DNA from: Pontiella sp.
GTDB lineage: Bacteria; Verrucomicrobiota; Kiritimatiellia; Kiritimatiellales; Pontiellaceae
Direction: 5' to 3'
Length of the DNA: 64,000 nucleotides
Assembly: GCA_050290185.1 (NCBI GenBank)
Contig: JBNKHE010000003.1
Coordinates: 64,001-128,000 of the forward strand
A program made the position numbers and the translations under genes. Below are positions 1 through 10,296 of the stretch, piece after piece. The notes under the pieces are model-generated. The model searched no databases. It was not told the origin of the DNA and saw only the letters and a program-made list of their open reading frames with translations. Numbering within the stretch: the stretch's first letter is position 1; each line of letters starts with the position of its first letter.

Positions 1-189
1 TTGCATAAACATCTTGAGCGTATGGCTGGTCAGCATTGCCGTAGTATAGAGAAGGAAGTTCAGGTTTTACTCAGCCTTCTCATCCAGGATTCGGATTATC
101 TGGATCATCTGGAACGCAAGATTCACCGCCGGAGTGCCGGAGAAGAATGGCATGACTCAGATTATCAAGGGTTGTTGGTGCGTTTATAG
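1..189 (+). CDS. C-terminal fragment of an unidentified protein running in from the left edge
   Basis: Open frame from window start to TAG at 187-189, same orientation as downstream locus; no recognisable motif. Confidence 0.4.
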   Translation: MHKHLERMAGQHCRSIEKEVQVLLSLLIQDSDYLDHLERKIHRRSAGEEWHDSDYQGLLVRL

Positions 190-206
190 TTCGGAGATTC
201 ATATAT

Positions 207-293
207 TAAAAGCGATTAGCGAATGGCTTTTGGCATATAGTTTTTAGCCAATAGCCAATAGCCAATAGCCAATAGCCAATAGACATGAGCCAG
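207..293 (+). repeat. 7-bp periodic array upstream of four-helix-bundle gene 1, with perfect (TAGCCAA)x5 at 245-279
   Basis: Units in one register: taaaagc gattagc gaatggc ttttggc atatagt ttttagc caatagc caatagc caatagc caatagc. Confidence 0.95.
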
Positions 294-303
294 CTGATTC
301 ACA

Positions 304-669
304 ATGCGTGACTATACAAAAATTAAAGCCTGGGCCTTGGCAGACGATTTTGCTGTCGAGGTGTATCGGCGTACAGCCAGTTTCCCGTCCGACGAAAAAT
401 ATGCACTGACTTCACAGGTCCGCCGGGCTGCGTATTCTGTAGCTGCCAACTTAGCGGAGGGGGCAGGACGGAGGACAAAAAAGGATTTCGTTCGCTTTCT
501 TGATATGGCGCTGGGGTCGGCCAATGAGGCGACATACTTTATTCATTTATCCCACCGGCTCGCATATCTTGATTCTGGCTCGTTTACTGTTTTAAGGGAT
601 CAGGCCGCATCGGTTAGCAGATGCTTGTCATCCTATATTCGAGCTGTTGAGAAAGATGTTAACCAATAA
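304..669 (+). CDS. Four-helix-bundle protein (TIGR02436 / 23S-rRNA-IVP / Avd-like family)
   Basis: 121 aa with family motifs FPSDEKYALTSQVRRAAYSVAANLAEG, F-x-RFL-x-MALGS-x-x-E. Confidence 0.92.
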   Translation: MRDYTKIKAWALADDFAVEVYRRTASFPSDEKYALTSQVRRAAYSVAANLAEGAGRRTKKDFVRFLDMALGSANEATYFIHLSHRLAYLDSGSFTVLRDQAASVSRCLSSYIRAVEKDVNQ

Positions 670-775
670 CTATTAACTAATAGCTCATAGCCTTTAGCCC
701 GAAGCTAATAGCCACCAGCTAACAGCCATCAGCTAATTACCACCAGCTAACATCTAACAGCCACCGGCCCATAGT
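664..775 (+). repeat. 16-unit degenerate heptamer array (consensus about TAACAGC/TAATAGC) beginning in the stop codon of four-helix-bundle gene 1
   Basis: caataac tattaac taatagc tcatagc ctttagc ccgaagc taatagc caccagc taacagc catcagc taattac caccagc taacatc taacagc caccggc ccatagt. Confidence 0.93.
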
Positions 776-991
776 CAGAGTCTGTATTTTCCCTTGTAAA
801 CCCTGCATTGTTCAAAATTTTCTGAACAAACTGGTTGGTTTTCGGGGCGGGGTTGTGGTTCCATCTTATTTGTACGCATTCGGACTGTCCGAAGGGTGCG
901 CCAGTCATATGAAATCCGCGTGTTCCATGCACCAAACTGGGACGGTTTTGCCGGAGAAACGGCAATCGACCGCGGGCGGCAGCCCGCGCAA

Positions 992-1195
992 ATGAAGCTA
1001 TCAGCCAACCACCGTTAGCTAACAGCTTCCGGTATCTCTGTGTGCGATCTTCGGTTCAGAAAACCCAACTGCTAAAGGCTATCAGCTAATGGCTATGCAT
1101 AACTCCTAAAACTTAACACTTAAAACCGCGAACTCCGCTCGCTTTCAACGGATTCAACGGTAATCAGTCCCGCTAATGGCTAAAAGCTAGGACTC
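992..1195 (+). repeat. Mosaic of short-period repeats (TAxCAGC 7-mers, TAAAACT 7-mers, TTCAACGGA 9-mers)
   Basis: tatcagc caaccac cgttagc taacagc; caactgc taaaggc tatcagc taatggc; taaaact taacact taaaacc; ttcaacgga ttcaacggt; taatggc taaaagc. Confidence 0.8.
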
Positions 1196-1294
1196 TAAAA
1201 TATCATTTCATAGTAGCGTCTACTTTTTTATTGTCTCATTTTAAATATGTGGTAACCATTGTTAATGGAATCTACTGTTTAATCTAGAGATTTA

Positions 1295-2452
1295 ATGAAA
1301 AAGAATGCGCTGATCACATATTTAATATTTATGACTTTAACATTTGTGTTTGCGGTTAGGAGTGCTTGTGCTTCGATCTTCAACGAAAACATCCATGCCA
1401 TGGTTTTGGGGCAGTCCAATATAGATGCCTATGTCGGCCCGGATGGGGTATATCAAGTACCGTGGCCTTCCGAACTGATTTCCGGTGTTACGAATGTGTG
1501 GAATTCCTTCTATGATAACAATGTGATCCGAAACTCGGGTAAATTGCGACGAAGATGGCTGACCGCTCTCGGACCAGATCTGTTCGGTGGATATGGGCTC
1601 TCCAAGTTATATGGCACGGTATACATAACGAAGTTTTCCAAGGGCGGATCCCCCCTGTCCGAATTCCAAACGACAGGAGCCAACTGGCCGCACATGGTGG
1701 CTGCGTACACAAATATGCAAGCCATCACGACAAACGCGGCAGGTCCGGTCGATGTGTTCTGGTGGGGGCAGGGCGAAGCCGACAAAACAAACACGAACTA
1801 TTATAACGATATGACCAACCTGTTCGCCAGTCTGGTATCCACCTTCGGGACAACGAATTCGGTGTTTGTCATTCAGGGGCTTGGTCCGTCCTTCACCAAC
1901 AGTGTTCCGCATTTTGCTTTTATGCAATATGCATCCGAAAATCCCGAAAGAGTGATTTACACGGACAATTCGGATCTCTCTTACTGGGATACTGTGAAAG
2001 TTCACTTCACTGCCGCAAGTCAGGTTGCCAATGGCTACCGTATGGCTGAGGCGACACTGCGCGTGATGGAAAAAACGACATGCACCTCATCGGGAACTCC
2101 CTACATGTGGCTTATCCGTCACGGCATTACTTCCGATTTTGGAATCGGGGAGATGGCTGATCAGGATGGAGATGGGTATAGCACGGCAGATGAATATATT
2201 GCCGATACGGATCCGTTCGACGCATCGGATGTATTTTCTGTTGCACTGGTGCCCTCCTCCCCGGGGGAGGCTTGGTCCATGAAATCTGCTCTTGGCAGGG
2301 AATACGGGGTGGCTACATGTACGAATCTTACTCAAGGTAGTTGGGAAGAGCCATATGTTTGGATTCCTGGAAGCGGCAGTGAAATTACGTTCTCGATAAC
2401 ACCGACGAGCTATCCAAACTTTTTCCAATTCGAGGTCAGACTCGCAGAATGA
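1295..2452 (+). CDS. Secreted sialate O-acetylesterase-like (SASA/CE6, SGNH) esterase with C-terminal DxDGDG/EYIADTDP module
   Basis: Signal peptide; GQSN, KGGS, WWGQGEAD and D-x-x-x-VHF motifs. Confidence 0.8.
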   Translation: MKKNALITYLIFMTLTFVFAVRSACASIFNENIHAMVLGQSNIDAYVGPDGVYQVPWPSELISGVTNVWNSFYDNNVIRNSGKLRRRWLTALGPDLFGGYGLSKLYGTVYITKFSKGGSPLSEFQTTGANWPHMVAAYTNMQAITTNAAGPVDVFWWGQGEADKTNTNYYNDMTNLFASLVSTFGTTNSVFVIQGLGPSFTNSVPHFAFMQYASENPERVIYTDNSDLSYWDTVKVHFTAASQVANGYRMAEATLRVMEKTTCTSSGTPYMWLIRHGITSDFGIGEMADQDGDGYSTADEYIADTDPFDASDVFSVALVPSSPGEAWSMKSALGREYGVATCTNLTQGSWEEPYVWIPGSGSEITFSITPTSYPNFFQFEVRLAE

Positions 2453-2794
2453 CTATGTCATCGTAGGTGTAGGTTTTCCGTTCAAGAAGCCATTCATATC
2501 ATGGCAACATGCAACAGGGTGCGCTAAAGGGAACCATTTCATCGATTGGTTGCGGTGAGTAACCGGTGCGTTCTGTGCAACGCCTTCTGTTCGGATTGCA
2601 TGGATCCTTTTCATTCCCGTCAACCCTTCGTCCAGTATTTCGTGCTCCGATTTAACTAGTAGTGGATGCCTAAGTTTAGAAATCAACTGTTTGCCGGTGG
2701 CTGCGGGGAAAAAACTTCCGACTTCGCAGTCAGCTTAACTTGGAAATCAATGAAACGACTGCCTTGATATCACCTTTAATTCCTTCTGGTCATA

Positions 2795-4093
2795 ATGAAA
2801 AAAGCTCTAGTTAGCCATGCATTGCTGTTCACGAGTGGACGCATGCTGAATCTCCTTCTTGCCTATATCACGGGATTACTTATCGCCAGGTACCTTGGTC
2901 CGGAGGATTACGGGTCATATAGTTTTATTATCAGTCTCGGCACTATATTTCTTGTATTTGTTTCTTTGGGTCTTCCTCAAGTTGTCTTGCGAGAGCTTGC
3001 AAAAGATACTTCGAAAGACAAACACATCTTGGGAGGCGGCATTGTACTGTCGTTTACGAGTGCCATCATTATTGTATTCGGATTGGTGCTGACAATTTGG
3101 CTAACCAATATTCTGTCGCAAACGGAGAAAGTGTTTCTATCCATCTATTGCCTGCGATTAATGACGACTGCATTTCGTAATTTCCACATTTTTAATCAGG
3201 CTAAGTTGCGTGGTGGAAGTGTTGCAATAATAGAAATTAGTCAGTCTCTTGTAACTTTATCTTTAACGATTGTATGTATAGCGCTTAATGGACCCATATG
3301 GTTGCTTCTGTTCATCAACGCCTGTGAACCGGTGTTTATTGCTGTCGGCAATGGATTTTTATTTCTTAAGAAGGGGTTTCCTCCAATAGATTTCCGTCCA
3401 CATTTTGTTTGGAAAACCCTTCTGAAGGATTCGTTGCCGTACATTTTAACCGGCTCTGTTGTAATTATTTACCAGCGGGTTGATCAGGTGATGCTTCGTT
3501 ACCTCTCGGAAACTATAAATGTAGGCTACTATGCCAGTTCTGCTAAGCTGACAGAGATGGCCAGCATGGTTCCAACAGTTATCGGCGTTGCACTTTTTCC
3601 TATCATGGTCAAAAAATGTGAGGCAGATCCTGATAGTCCTTTTGTTGGGAGATTCTTCGATATCGTTATTTGGACAGCCGTGCCAATTACGGTGTTCTTG
3701 CTGGTGTTTGCCAAGAAGATCGTGCTGGTTTTATATGGGGATGCTTACCTGCCTGCCGTAAGTGCATTGCAAATCATGGTATGGAAAGGGGTGGTCAGGG
3801 GGATTGATGCCTCGATTAGTCAATGGGCTCTACTTAAGAACCTTCAACGTTATCTGCCAATACGTCAGGTTTGGGGTGGAATAATCAATGTAATTTTGAA
3901 TTTTCTGCTCATTCCCCGCTACGGAATTTCAGGGGCCGCGTTGGCCACGATTGCTTCGGTGGTGCTCGTATTGGTGGCGACTGGCTTTGTAAAAGAATTG
4001 CGACCCAGTATCGGGTTGGCGGTGAAATCATTGCTTTTGGGGCCATATCGCTTGACTGGTGAATTGATTGGATTCGTCAAGAGCAAGATATGA
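2795..4093 (+). CDS. wzx: Wzx-type polysaccharide flippase
   Basis: Multi-TM; ARYLGPEDYG, IYQRVDQVML, LNFLLIPRYGISGAALAT motifs. Confidence 0.9.
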   Translation: MKKALVSHALLFTSGRMLNLLLAYITGLLIARYLGPEDYGSYSFIISLGTIFLVFVSLGLPQVVLRELAKDTSKDKHILGGGIVLSFTSAIIIVFGLVLTIWLTNILSQTEKVFLSIYCLRLMTTAFRNFHIFNQAKLRGGSVAIIEISQSLVTLSLTIVCIALNGPIWLLLFINACEPVFIAVGNGFLFLKKGFPPIDFRPHFVWKTLLKDSLPYILTGSVVIIYQRVDQVMLRYLSETINVGYYASSAKLTEMASMVPTVIGVALFPIMVKKCEADPDSPFVGRFFDIVIWTAVPITVFLLVFAKKIVLVLYGDAYLPAVSALQIMVWKGVVRGIDASISQWALLKNLQRYLPIRQVWGGIINVILNFLLIPRYGISGAALATIASVVLVLVATGFVKELRPSIGLAVKSLLLGPYRLTGELIGFVKSKI

Positions 4094-4101
4094 TCCGCAA
4101 T

Positions 4102-4602
4102 CATTACTGTCCGGTAAAATTACAAAGCATGAAAACCATCTGGTCAGAGTAGTTCTGCATCATGCCTCTTTCATGCGCCGGGCAAAGACGGTCGGGCTCA
4201 GGGCGGTTTTGCTCATGAATTTGAGGTGCGAGATCGGTAGGTAGTAGATCATCGCCTCCCATATTTGCGTCGGGACGTTTTTTAGATCCCCGGAAGGGTT
4301 TTTATCATCAGGTTCTGTTTGACCAATTTGCAGACAGTTCCATCTGTTAGCGTTGCTTGTAGATGGAGGCGATTGTGGTGGCGGAAAGTCGGAAGTTGTT
4401 TGTGATGAAATAGTAGACCTTGCCGGTACCTTTATTCTTGGTCACGACCATCTGTTTTTGAGGAATATTTCCGGGAACAGGTCGGGTTGTTGAGCTTGAT
4501 GAGACGATCGGAAAGCACACCTTTTCTTCTGCCTTCGCAGTGCTTGCCGGTATTGGGGTAGTCCATGTTAGTTTTGGCGCGGGTCACGAAAAATACCTTC
4601 GT
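4102..4602 (-). pseudogene. Degraded IS4-family transposase (C-terminal part) with one terminal repeat
   Basis: Minus strand gives EGIFFVTRAKTNM...GKVYYFITNNFRLSATTIASIYKQR*QMEL...KQNLMIKT...TQIWEAM; stop at 4347-4349 replaces the conserved W; frameshifts; end-like CATTACTGTCCGGTAAAA at 4102-4119. Confidence 0.85.
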
Positions 4603-4999
4603 TTTATGAATCTAAAGGATCCATTCGTATTCTAGGCTCGAAAGCTTCTTGTTTATCGTGCTTTGTGATGAGACTCAATGTGCAGGGTTTTTCCGATGCA
4701 TCTGTGATTTCAAATGTTTGCCGGTCGCCAGTGATCGCAATATTATTAATTGGACTTGACGTCACAAAGGCAATTAGAATGGGCAACTATTTTTGAATCA
4801 TTGGCTACTGAGTCACTGCATTGTGGAGGCTTTGTCTGCACAAGGTACATCCTGTACGGTGTGCAAGATTGAACGGTCCATCAAGCTAGCGACGATTTTT
4901 TGGGATGCTAATATTCTGGGGAAATTTATTAGTTCAAGGTCAGGCTAGCCAACTAATGTTACAATCCTGTATTCCTCATTTTTTGCAGGGAAAATTATT

Positions 5000-5767
5000 A
5001 TGAATCATGTCGTACAGTTATCTCGGAAGGAAAAATTGGTAGATGCGTGTGGTTACTACGCCAATTGGATTGGGAAGGTCATCCACGTAGTGGAGTATCC
5101 AAAGTGCGGGGGGACGTGGTTGCTTAAAATGTTGAAAACCGCTTTGGATATCAAACTAAGGGGTGATGATGAGTTGTTTCTCCCTTTCGGCAATGTGGTT
5201 AAACGGCATGTGCAATTTGATCGACGTTACCTTATGCCAGTTATGGTTGTACGCGATCCGCGTGATGTGCTTGTCTCATATTTCTTCCATGAAACAAGTC
5301 ATCGCCCATCAAAAGCTGTCATGGAAAACATTCATTATGATCCGGAACAACCCATCGCGCACAACATGTTCAACTACATCCGGCTGAAGACAGAGCAACC
5401 GACTTTGACTTATCCTTTTTTTTCCTATGACCAGTTTGTCGATGATTGGATGGGTAAGCGGAAGAGTATGACATGGGTGAGATATGAGGATTTGCACACT
5501 CGGCCCGTTCATGAGTTGAGGCGTATCTTTTCAACATTCGGGTTTTCCATTGCAGACTCAAGGTTGGAAGAAGCCGTGGCGGCAAATACGTTTAAGCAGA
5601 TGTCCGGGGGGCGCTCCCAAGGCGAAGAGGATACCTCTTCACACCGTCGCAAAGGTATTGTTGGTGACTGGCATTCCTATTTTACGGATGAAATGTGCGA
5701 GTATGTACAGCACTCTTATCATCAGTTTTTTTCAAGATTTGGATATCAATCCCTGTCCACAGATTAA
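5000..5767 (+). CDS. PAPS-dependent sulfotransferase
   Basis: YPKCGGTW (5'-PSB), RDPRDVLVSY (3'-PB), RKGIVGDW. Confidence 0.92.
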   Translation: MNHVVQLSRKEKLVDACGYYANWIGKVIHVVEYPKCGGTWLLKMLKTALDIKLRGDDELFLPFGNVVKRHVQFDRRYLMPVMVVRDPRDVLVSYFFHETSHRPSKAVMENIHYDPEQPIAHNMFNYIRLKTEQPTLTYPFFSYDQFVDDWMGKRKSMTWVRYEDLHTRPVHELRRIFSTFGFSIADSRLEEAVAANTFKQMSGGRSQGEEDTSSHRRKGIVGDWHSYFTDEMCEYVQHSYHQFFSRFGYQSLSTD

Positions 5768-5770
5768 GGA

Positions 5771-7249
5771 GTGCTTTTCTTGAACGAATCGCTTAGAAGT
5801 ATTTTTTTTGTATTCCTGTTCTTCCTCCTCTTCGTGATCGGAAGCATTGTCGCCAGCCCACTGCTCGCAGGAATAGTACTGTGTGGTGTCTTCGTTATGG
5901 TCGCCATGATCGGCGCTCCTTCGACCGCCTTATGGTTGTTCTGGTTGTCTGCAACCATCATGACGTATGTAAACATCCATATTAGCAACAATCTCTTGGT
6001 GCGTTATGGCGATGATGTGTTTGCCCTTATACTGGTCGCGCAGTTCATTGCCATGAACTACATCTTTGCACGGACTGATGTAAAGGGGATGTTTAACGAT
6101 GCTAAAATGATATGGTGGTTATGGCGGTGCCTGCTCATTGTCTTTGCTATGTCCTGGTTGATCAATCTTGCCAGACCGGTTTTGGCCATCAACTTTTTCA
6201 TGAGTTATCTCATTTTCTTCATTATATTCATGCATGCGTTGCGCATAGGGACGGAGTGGGATGTTTCCAAGGTGATCAAGTTTATTTCGGTGTTCTTCAT
6301 CATCAACTTCCTAGTTGACCTGACTCGATTTGCCGGTTTGCACATTTTTCCAAATGTTTTCATTCTACACGAAGACTTGGCTGTGGGGCTGATCGGCGAC
6401 CAAACCGTTATGGCATATCTTTATTGCGGGTTGATTCCCATGGCATTGTATCTATTCTTGGGATCAAGAAAACATGCTGACCGGGTCAAGTACCTGATAT
6501 TGTTGGTTTTGTTTGTTATCCATTTTGTCCTCACGTTTACAGTACATGCCTATGGGTTGCTTGCGATTTCCGTACTCATCAGTTTTTTCATGGCGCGACG
6601 GGTGGTTCTTGCCTCTTCGATTGTTGCAGCAATCGTTTTTGGTTTTATAGCGGTCCAGAATATAGATTTGCCCGAATCGTTAAGGGCCTTCGAGGCGTTG
6701 AAGCTGGATAATCTTGAGTTGCGTTATGAGCATTTCAAGGAAGGCACGACGGTTGAGGTCTACAAACGTGTAATTGTGGATGCTAGGGATGATATGCAGG
6801 TTCCGGCGATTGGCGCAGGGCCGGGCATGTTTTCCAGCTCCATTGGTTTTCAGCGGTGGGATAACTGGATGGCCGCCAAATATATTCACGATCTGTACCT
6901 GACCTTCAGTGGAGAGATGGCTATGAGGGGGCGTAGCATTACTCAATCCACTATTAATGGTGTTTGTGCGATATGGGGAGAACTCGGTTGGCTCGGTTTC
7001 CTTGTGTTTTATGGGCTTCACATTTATCCCTGTTTCCGGCTGGGACGGTTCCTTTTCCAAAAGCGCTACAAGACCTTTGAGAAGCAGGCACTAGCGATTT
7101 TGTTCATTTCCGGAATGGTCACCTATGTCTTGGTGGAAACATTGCGTGATCAGTTGTATAGGGATGTTTTCCTTGGCTATTGGATTGTCCTTGCCTTGGT
7201 CTGGTATCCCGATGATTTGGATACAAAGAAAGTCGCTAATGAAACGTAA
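5771..7249 (+). CDS. Wzy-like polysaccharide polymerase / O-antigen ligase-like membrane protein
   Basis: About 12 TM segments, periplasmic loop, IGAGPG and WGELGWLG motifs; context. Confidence 0.7.
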   Translation: MLFLNESLRSIFFVFLFFLLFVIGSIVASPLLAGIVLCGVFVMVAMIGAPSTALWLFWLSATIMTYVNIHISNNLLVRYGDDVFALILVAQFIAMNYIFARTDVKGMFNDAKMIWWLWRCLLIVFAMSWLINLARPVLAINFFMSYLIFFIIFMHALRIGTEWDVSKVIKFISVFFIINFLVDLTRFAGLHIFPNVFILHEDLAVGLIGDQTVMAYLYCGLIPMALYLFLGSRKHADRVKYLILLVLFVIHFVLTFTVHAYGLLAISVLISFFMARRVVLASSIVAAIVFGFIAVQNIDLPESLRAFEALKLDNLELRYEHFKEGTTVEVYKRVIVDARDDMQVPAIGAGPGMFSSSIGFQRWDNWMAAKYIHDLYLTFSGEMAMRGRSITQSTINGVCAIWGELGWLGFLVFYGLHIYPCFRLGRFLFQKRYKTFEKQALAILFISGMVTYVLVETLRDQLYRDVFLGYWIVLALVWYPDDLDTKKVANET

Positions 7250-8438
7250 GATGCGAGTGGTTTGGTTGTCGCCGTTCCCGATCGGCCTGCTCAGCGTTCA
7301 TGGGATTGCAACAACCCGGCCTGTAAATGGACATCCCTGTAGCTGGATCGTGAACTGGGCGAGGGCGTTGGCGCAACGTCCCGACATTGATCTGCATGTA
7401 GTGACCTATTCTTCCCGGGTTCGAAGGTCACAGCAGGTTGTTTTCGAGGGCTACACTGTTCATGTAATCCGCGATGCCATACCATTTACGGATCGTGGAT
7501 GGGCGGCGCTGTGGGACATGGATGCAGCATCGCACTTTTGGTTGCGCCGGAAGAAGCTTACAAACTGTCTTCAGAGCATCAATCCCGACATTGTGCATGG
7601 TCATGGTACCGAGAATGCGTATGGCCTCACAGCTGTAACTTCGGGATATCCTTCGGTTGTATCCATTCAGGGCATCATCAGTGACTATCTGCGCACCAAT
7701 CCATGTAGACGTTATCGCCTAGTTGCCCCGATCGAAGTTGAAACGATCAGGACTGGACACAACTTCATGTGTCGCACGCACTATGACAAGGGATTCATTG
7801 GCAAGGTGAATCCCTCGGCCCGGATGTTCCACATGCCCGAGGCCATGAATCCTTGTTTCTTTGAGGTGGAACGTAGCCCTACTAATGATTTTTGCGTACT
7901 GCACGTAGGCGGGTACGATGAAAGAAAAGGACTCGAGGATCTCTTGAGAGCGGTGGCAATACTTAAGGAGACCATCCCTTCCATCGTTCTGGAAGTGGTG
8001 GGTAGTGGGTCGGAGAAACGAAGAATGCATCTGGTCGAGGTTGCTAGGTCGCTGGGTATTCTTGACTGCATCACCTTTCATGGGTTTCTTCCTGCTCCGG
8101 CCATAGCTGAATTGCATGCCAAGGCATCAGTGTTTGCCATGACGTCGCAGAATGAAAACAGCCCCAACACCTTGGCCGAAGCTTTGTGCGCAGGTACTCC
8201 ATGCGTTGCCTATGATATGGGAGGTGTTGCATCCATGTTTGAAGACGGGGAGTCGGGTTTGTTGGTCCCCTATGGTAATGTCGAGATATTGGCCGAGAAA
8301 ATCAAACGGATCTTGGATGATCGAAATTTGGCGATCCGTTTAGGGCTAACAGCCAAGGACCGCAGCAATGATAACCGGCCTGAGCGAGTGGCGGAACTGA
8401 GTGTGAAGGCATACAAGGATATTCTTGATGAGGGATAA
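7239..8438 (+). CDS. Glycosyltransferase family 4
   Basis: PDIVHGHGTE, KGLEDLLRA, ENSPNTLAEALCAGTP; start moved to ATG 7239 overlapping upstream gene end. Confidence 0.9.
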   Translation: MKRKMRVVWLSPFPIGLLSVHGIATTRPVNGHPCSWIVNWARALAQRPDIDLHVVTYSSRVRRSQQVVFEGYTVHVIRDAIPFTDRGWAALWDMDAASHFWLRRKKLTNCLQSINPDIVHGHGTENAYGLTAVTSGYPSVVSIQGIISDYLRTNPCRRYRLVAPIEVETIRTGHNFMCRTHYDKGFIGKVNPSARMFHMPEAMNPCFFEVERSPTNDFCVLHVGGYDERKGLEDLLRAVAILKETIPSIVLEVVGSGSEKRRMHLVEVARSLGILDCITFHGFLPAPAIAELHAKASVFAMTSQNENSPNTLAEALCAGTPCVAYDMGGVASMFEDGESGLLVPYGNVEILAEKIKRILDDRNLAIRLGLTAKDRSNDNRPERVAELSVKAYKDILDEG

Positions 8439-9084
8439 GGCGCTGAAGCGGACTTGGCGAAACTGGATCGTTTCCGGGTGGGATCTGATAACCATTCGAA
8501 TAAACGGAATATGGTCAACCTATCTAACGAGAATGAGTTTGTGGTGGCAGGGTTGCCTTGTGGAGAGGGGATTCAAGGCCCAAGGTATTTGCAAGATACG
8601 TGCACGGCGTTCCGGTTCAATTTCCCTTGGAAGGCAAGTGACTTTGGTATCGGCCTTTAATTGTAATCTCGTCGGGCTTGGTCATCGTTGCATACTGCAA
8701 ACGATGGGGGATGGAATCATTGAGATCGGTGACTATTCTGGAGGATCAGGCGTTGTCATATCAGCCCGATCTCATATTCGTATCGGGAAACACGTTAAGT
8801 TGGGTGGAAATGTTCGAATCTACGACCATGATTTCCATTCAGTCGATCCAGATCATCGTCGTAGCGGCGGTATGGATCAGCAAAATGTCCGCTCGTTTCC
8901 GGTGTTGATTGGTGACGATGTGTTTATTGGAGCGAATGCAATCATTCTCAAAGGGGTCTCTATCGGTGATCGCGCAATTATCGGAGCAGCATCCGTGGTA
9001 GCAAAAGATGTTCCCGCAGATGAGGTGTGGGCTGGTAATCCTGCCCGATTAGTTAGAGCTTTACCTACTGTTGAGTTGCCATAA
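8425..9084 (+). CDS. Hexapeptide-repeat O-acyltransferase
   Basis: IGDDVFIGANAIILKGVSIGDRAIIGAASVV...WAGNPAR. Confidence 0.9.
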   Translation: MMRDKALKRTWRNWIVSGWDLITIRINGIWSTYLTRMSLWWQGCLVERGFKAQGICKIRARRSGSISLGRQVTLVSAFNCNLVGLGHRCILQTMGDGIIEIGDYSGGSGVVISARSHIRIGKHVKLGGNVRIYDHDFHSVDPDHRRSGGMDQQNVRSFPVLIGDDVFIGANAIILKGVSIGDRAIIGAASVVAKDVPADEVWAGNPARLVRALPTVELP

Positions 9085-9247
9085 TTAGTTCGCACCTAAC
9101 TGCCTAACTCTTTTCGACTGTGTAAAGTTAGGTGGACTGAGTTAGATCATGATTTTCGTGGGCGCTAGGATAGGTGAAGATTTCCAAATGGACATGGTTT
9201 GAGAATGGAATATAGCTGTAGATATTGTTGGTAACTTGAGGGGTATT

Positions 9248-9937
9248 ATGAAGATAAGGGCGTGTCGGTTTTTATTGCGATCAGCTATTGGGCGAACTGC
9301 TTTCGGGTTTAAGTTGTTAAAACTATTTGTCCGTGGTGAAAAGCGCCGTTTGATCGTCGGGCCGGAAACAGATGTTTGTATTGAGGGATATCCACGCTGT
9401 GCAAATACTTTTGCGGTTCTTGCATTCGAAGAGGCACAGGGGAAATGCCTAAATATTGCCCATCACATGCATTTGGCCGGGCAGGTAATTCTTTCGGTAA
9501 AAAAGGGCATTCCGGTTATTGTCCTCATCCGGGATCCGTTAGATGCCGCAGCTTCGCTGTTGATGAGGGAGCCGGAGCTTGGGGCAGACACGTGTTTGAG
9601 GTTATATCTTGATTTTTACAAGCCCTTGGTACCCTTCCTTGATAGGATAGTGGTTGCACCCTTTAAAATCGCTACTACAGATTATGGTGCGATCATCGAA
9701 GATGTTAACCGACAATTTTCGACGGCCTTTCATGTCTATAGGAATAGTGAAAGTGCCGATAAAGACATTTTCAAAAAGATATCCAACTTACCGGCCCATA
9801 AAAATGAACTGACGGTATCTATACCAACGACTGAAAAGAAAGCATGTAAGGAGAAAACACTTGCGTTGTTTGATGTTGAAGATTGCAAAGTCCTATTGCA
9901 GGAATGTAATCAAATCTATGCAAAGGTCAGTCAATGA
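9248..9937 (+). CDS. Sulfotransferase-like protein
   Basis: IEGYPRCANTF and LIRDPLDAAAS resemble the PAPS-binding motifs. Confidence 0.65.
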   Translation: MKIRACRFLLRSAIGRTAFGFKLLKLFVRGEKRRLIVGPETDVCIEGYPRCANTFAVLAFEEAQGKCLNIAHHMHLAGQVILSVKKGIPVIVLIRDPLDAAASLLMREPELGADTCLRLYLDFYKPLVPFLDRIVVAPFKIATTDYGAIIEDVNRQFSTAFHVYRNSESADKDIFKKISNLPAHKNELTVSIPTTEKKACKEKTLALFDVEDCKVLLQECNQIYAKVSQ

Positions 9938-10296
9938 AACTTATGTATGTCCTGACATCGCTAATGATAAGATAGTAGTCGCGAAGATGCAGTCTTGTTG
10001 CATTATTGTCGGGGACCATTCGGTGGGTTTGATTGCTTTTGGCAGAGACAGGGTTGGCTATGGAGCTAGGTGCACGTCCCTTTATTCATAGTTGTACACG
10101 GTAACACATCCACATCGGGAAGCGGCTTGCATAGAAAATATATGCCAACGCTAGTGTTATCCGTTGATATTCGATACTAGAGCAGAAGGGTATGGGATCA
10201 CTTTGTTGAGTCTAGTCAATAGCGAGTGTTAGTTAGGTATAGGCGAATGCGTATGAGTGAGATTCTTGCAGATAAGGGAATTCTTGAGTCTTGATT

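Noticed and set aside
304..669. 23S rRNA intervening sequence
   Set aside because: No rRNA sequence flanks either four-helix-bundle gene
207..775. CRISPR array
   Set aside because: Units are 7 bp and contiguous with no unique spacers; no cas genes seen
2453..2686. 77-aa minus-strand ORF, possible gene remnant
   Set aside because: No motif I can recognise; needs a homology search
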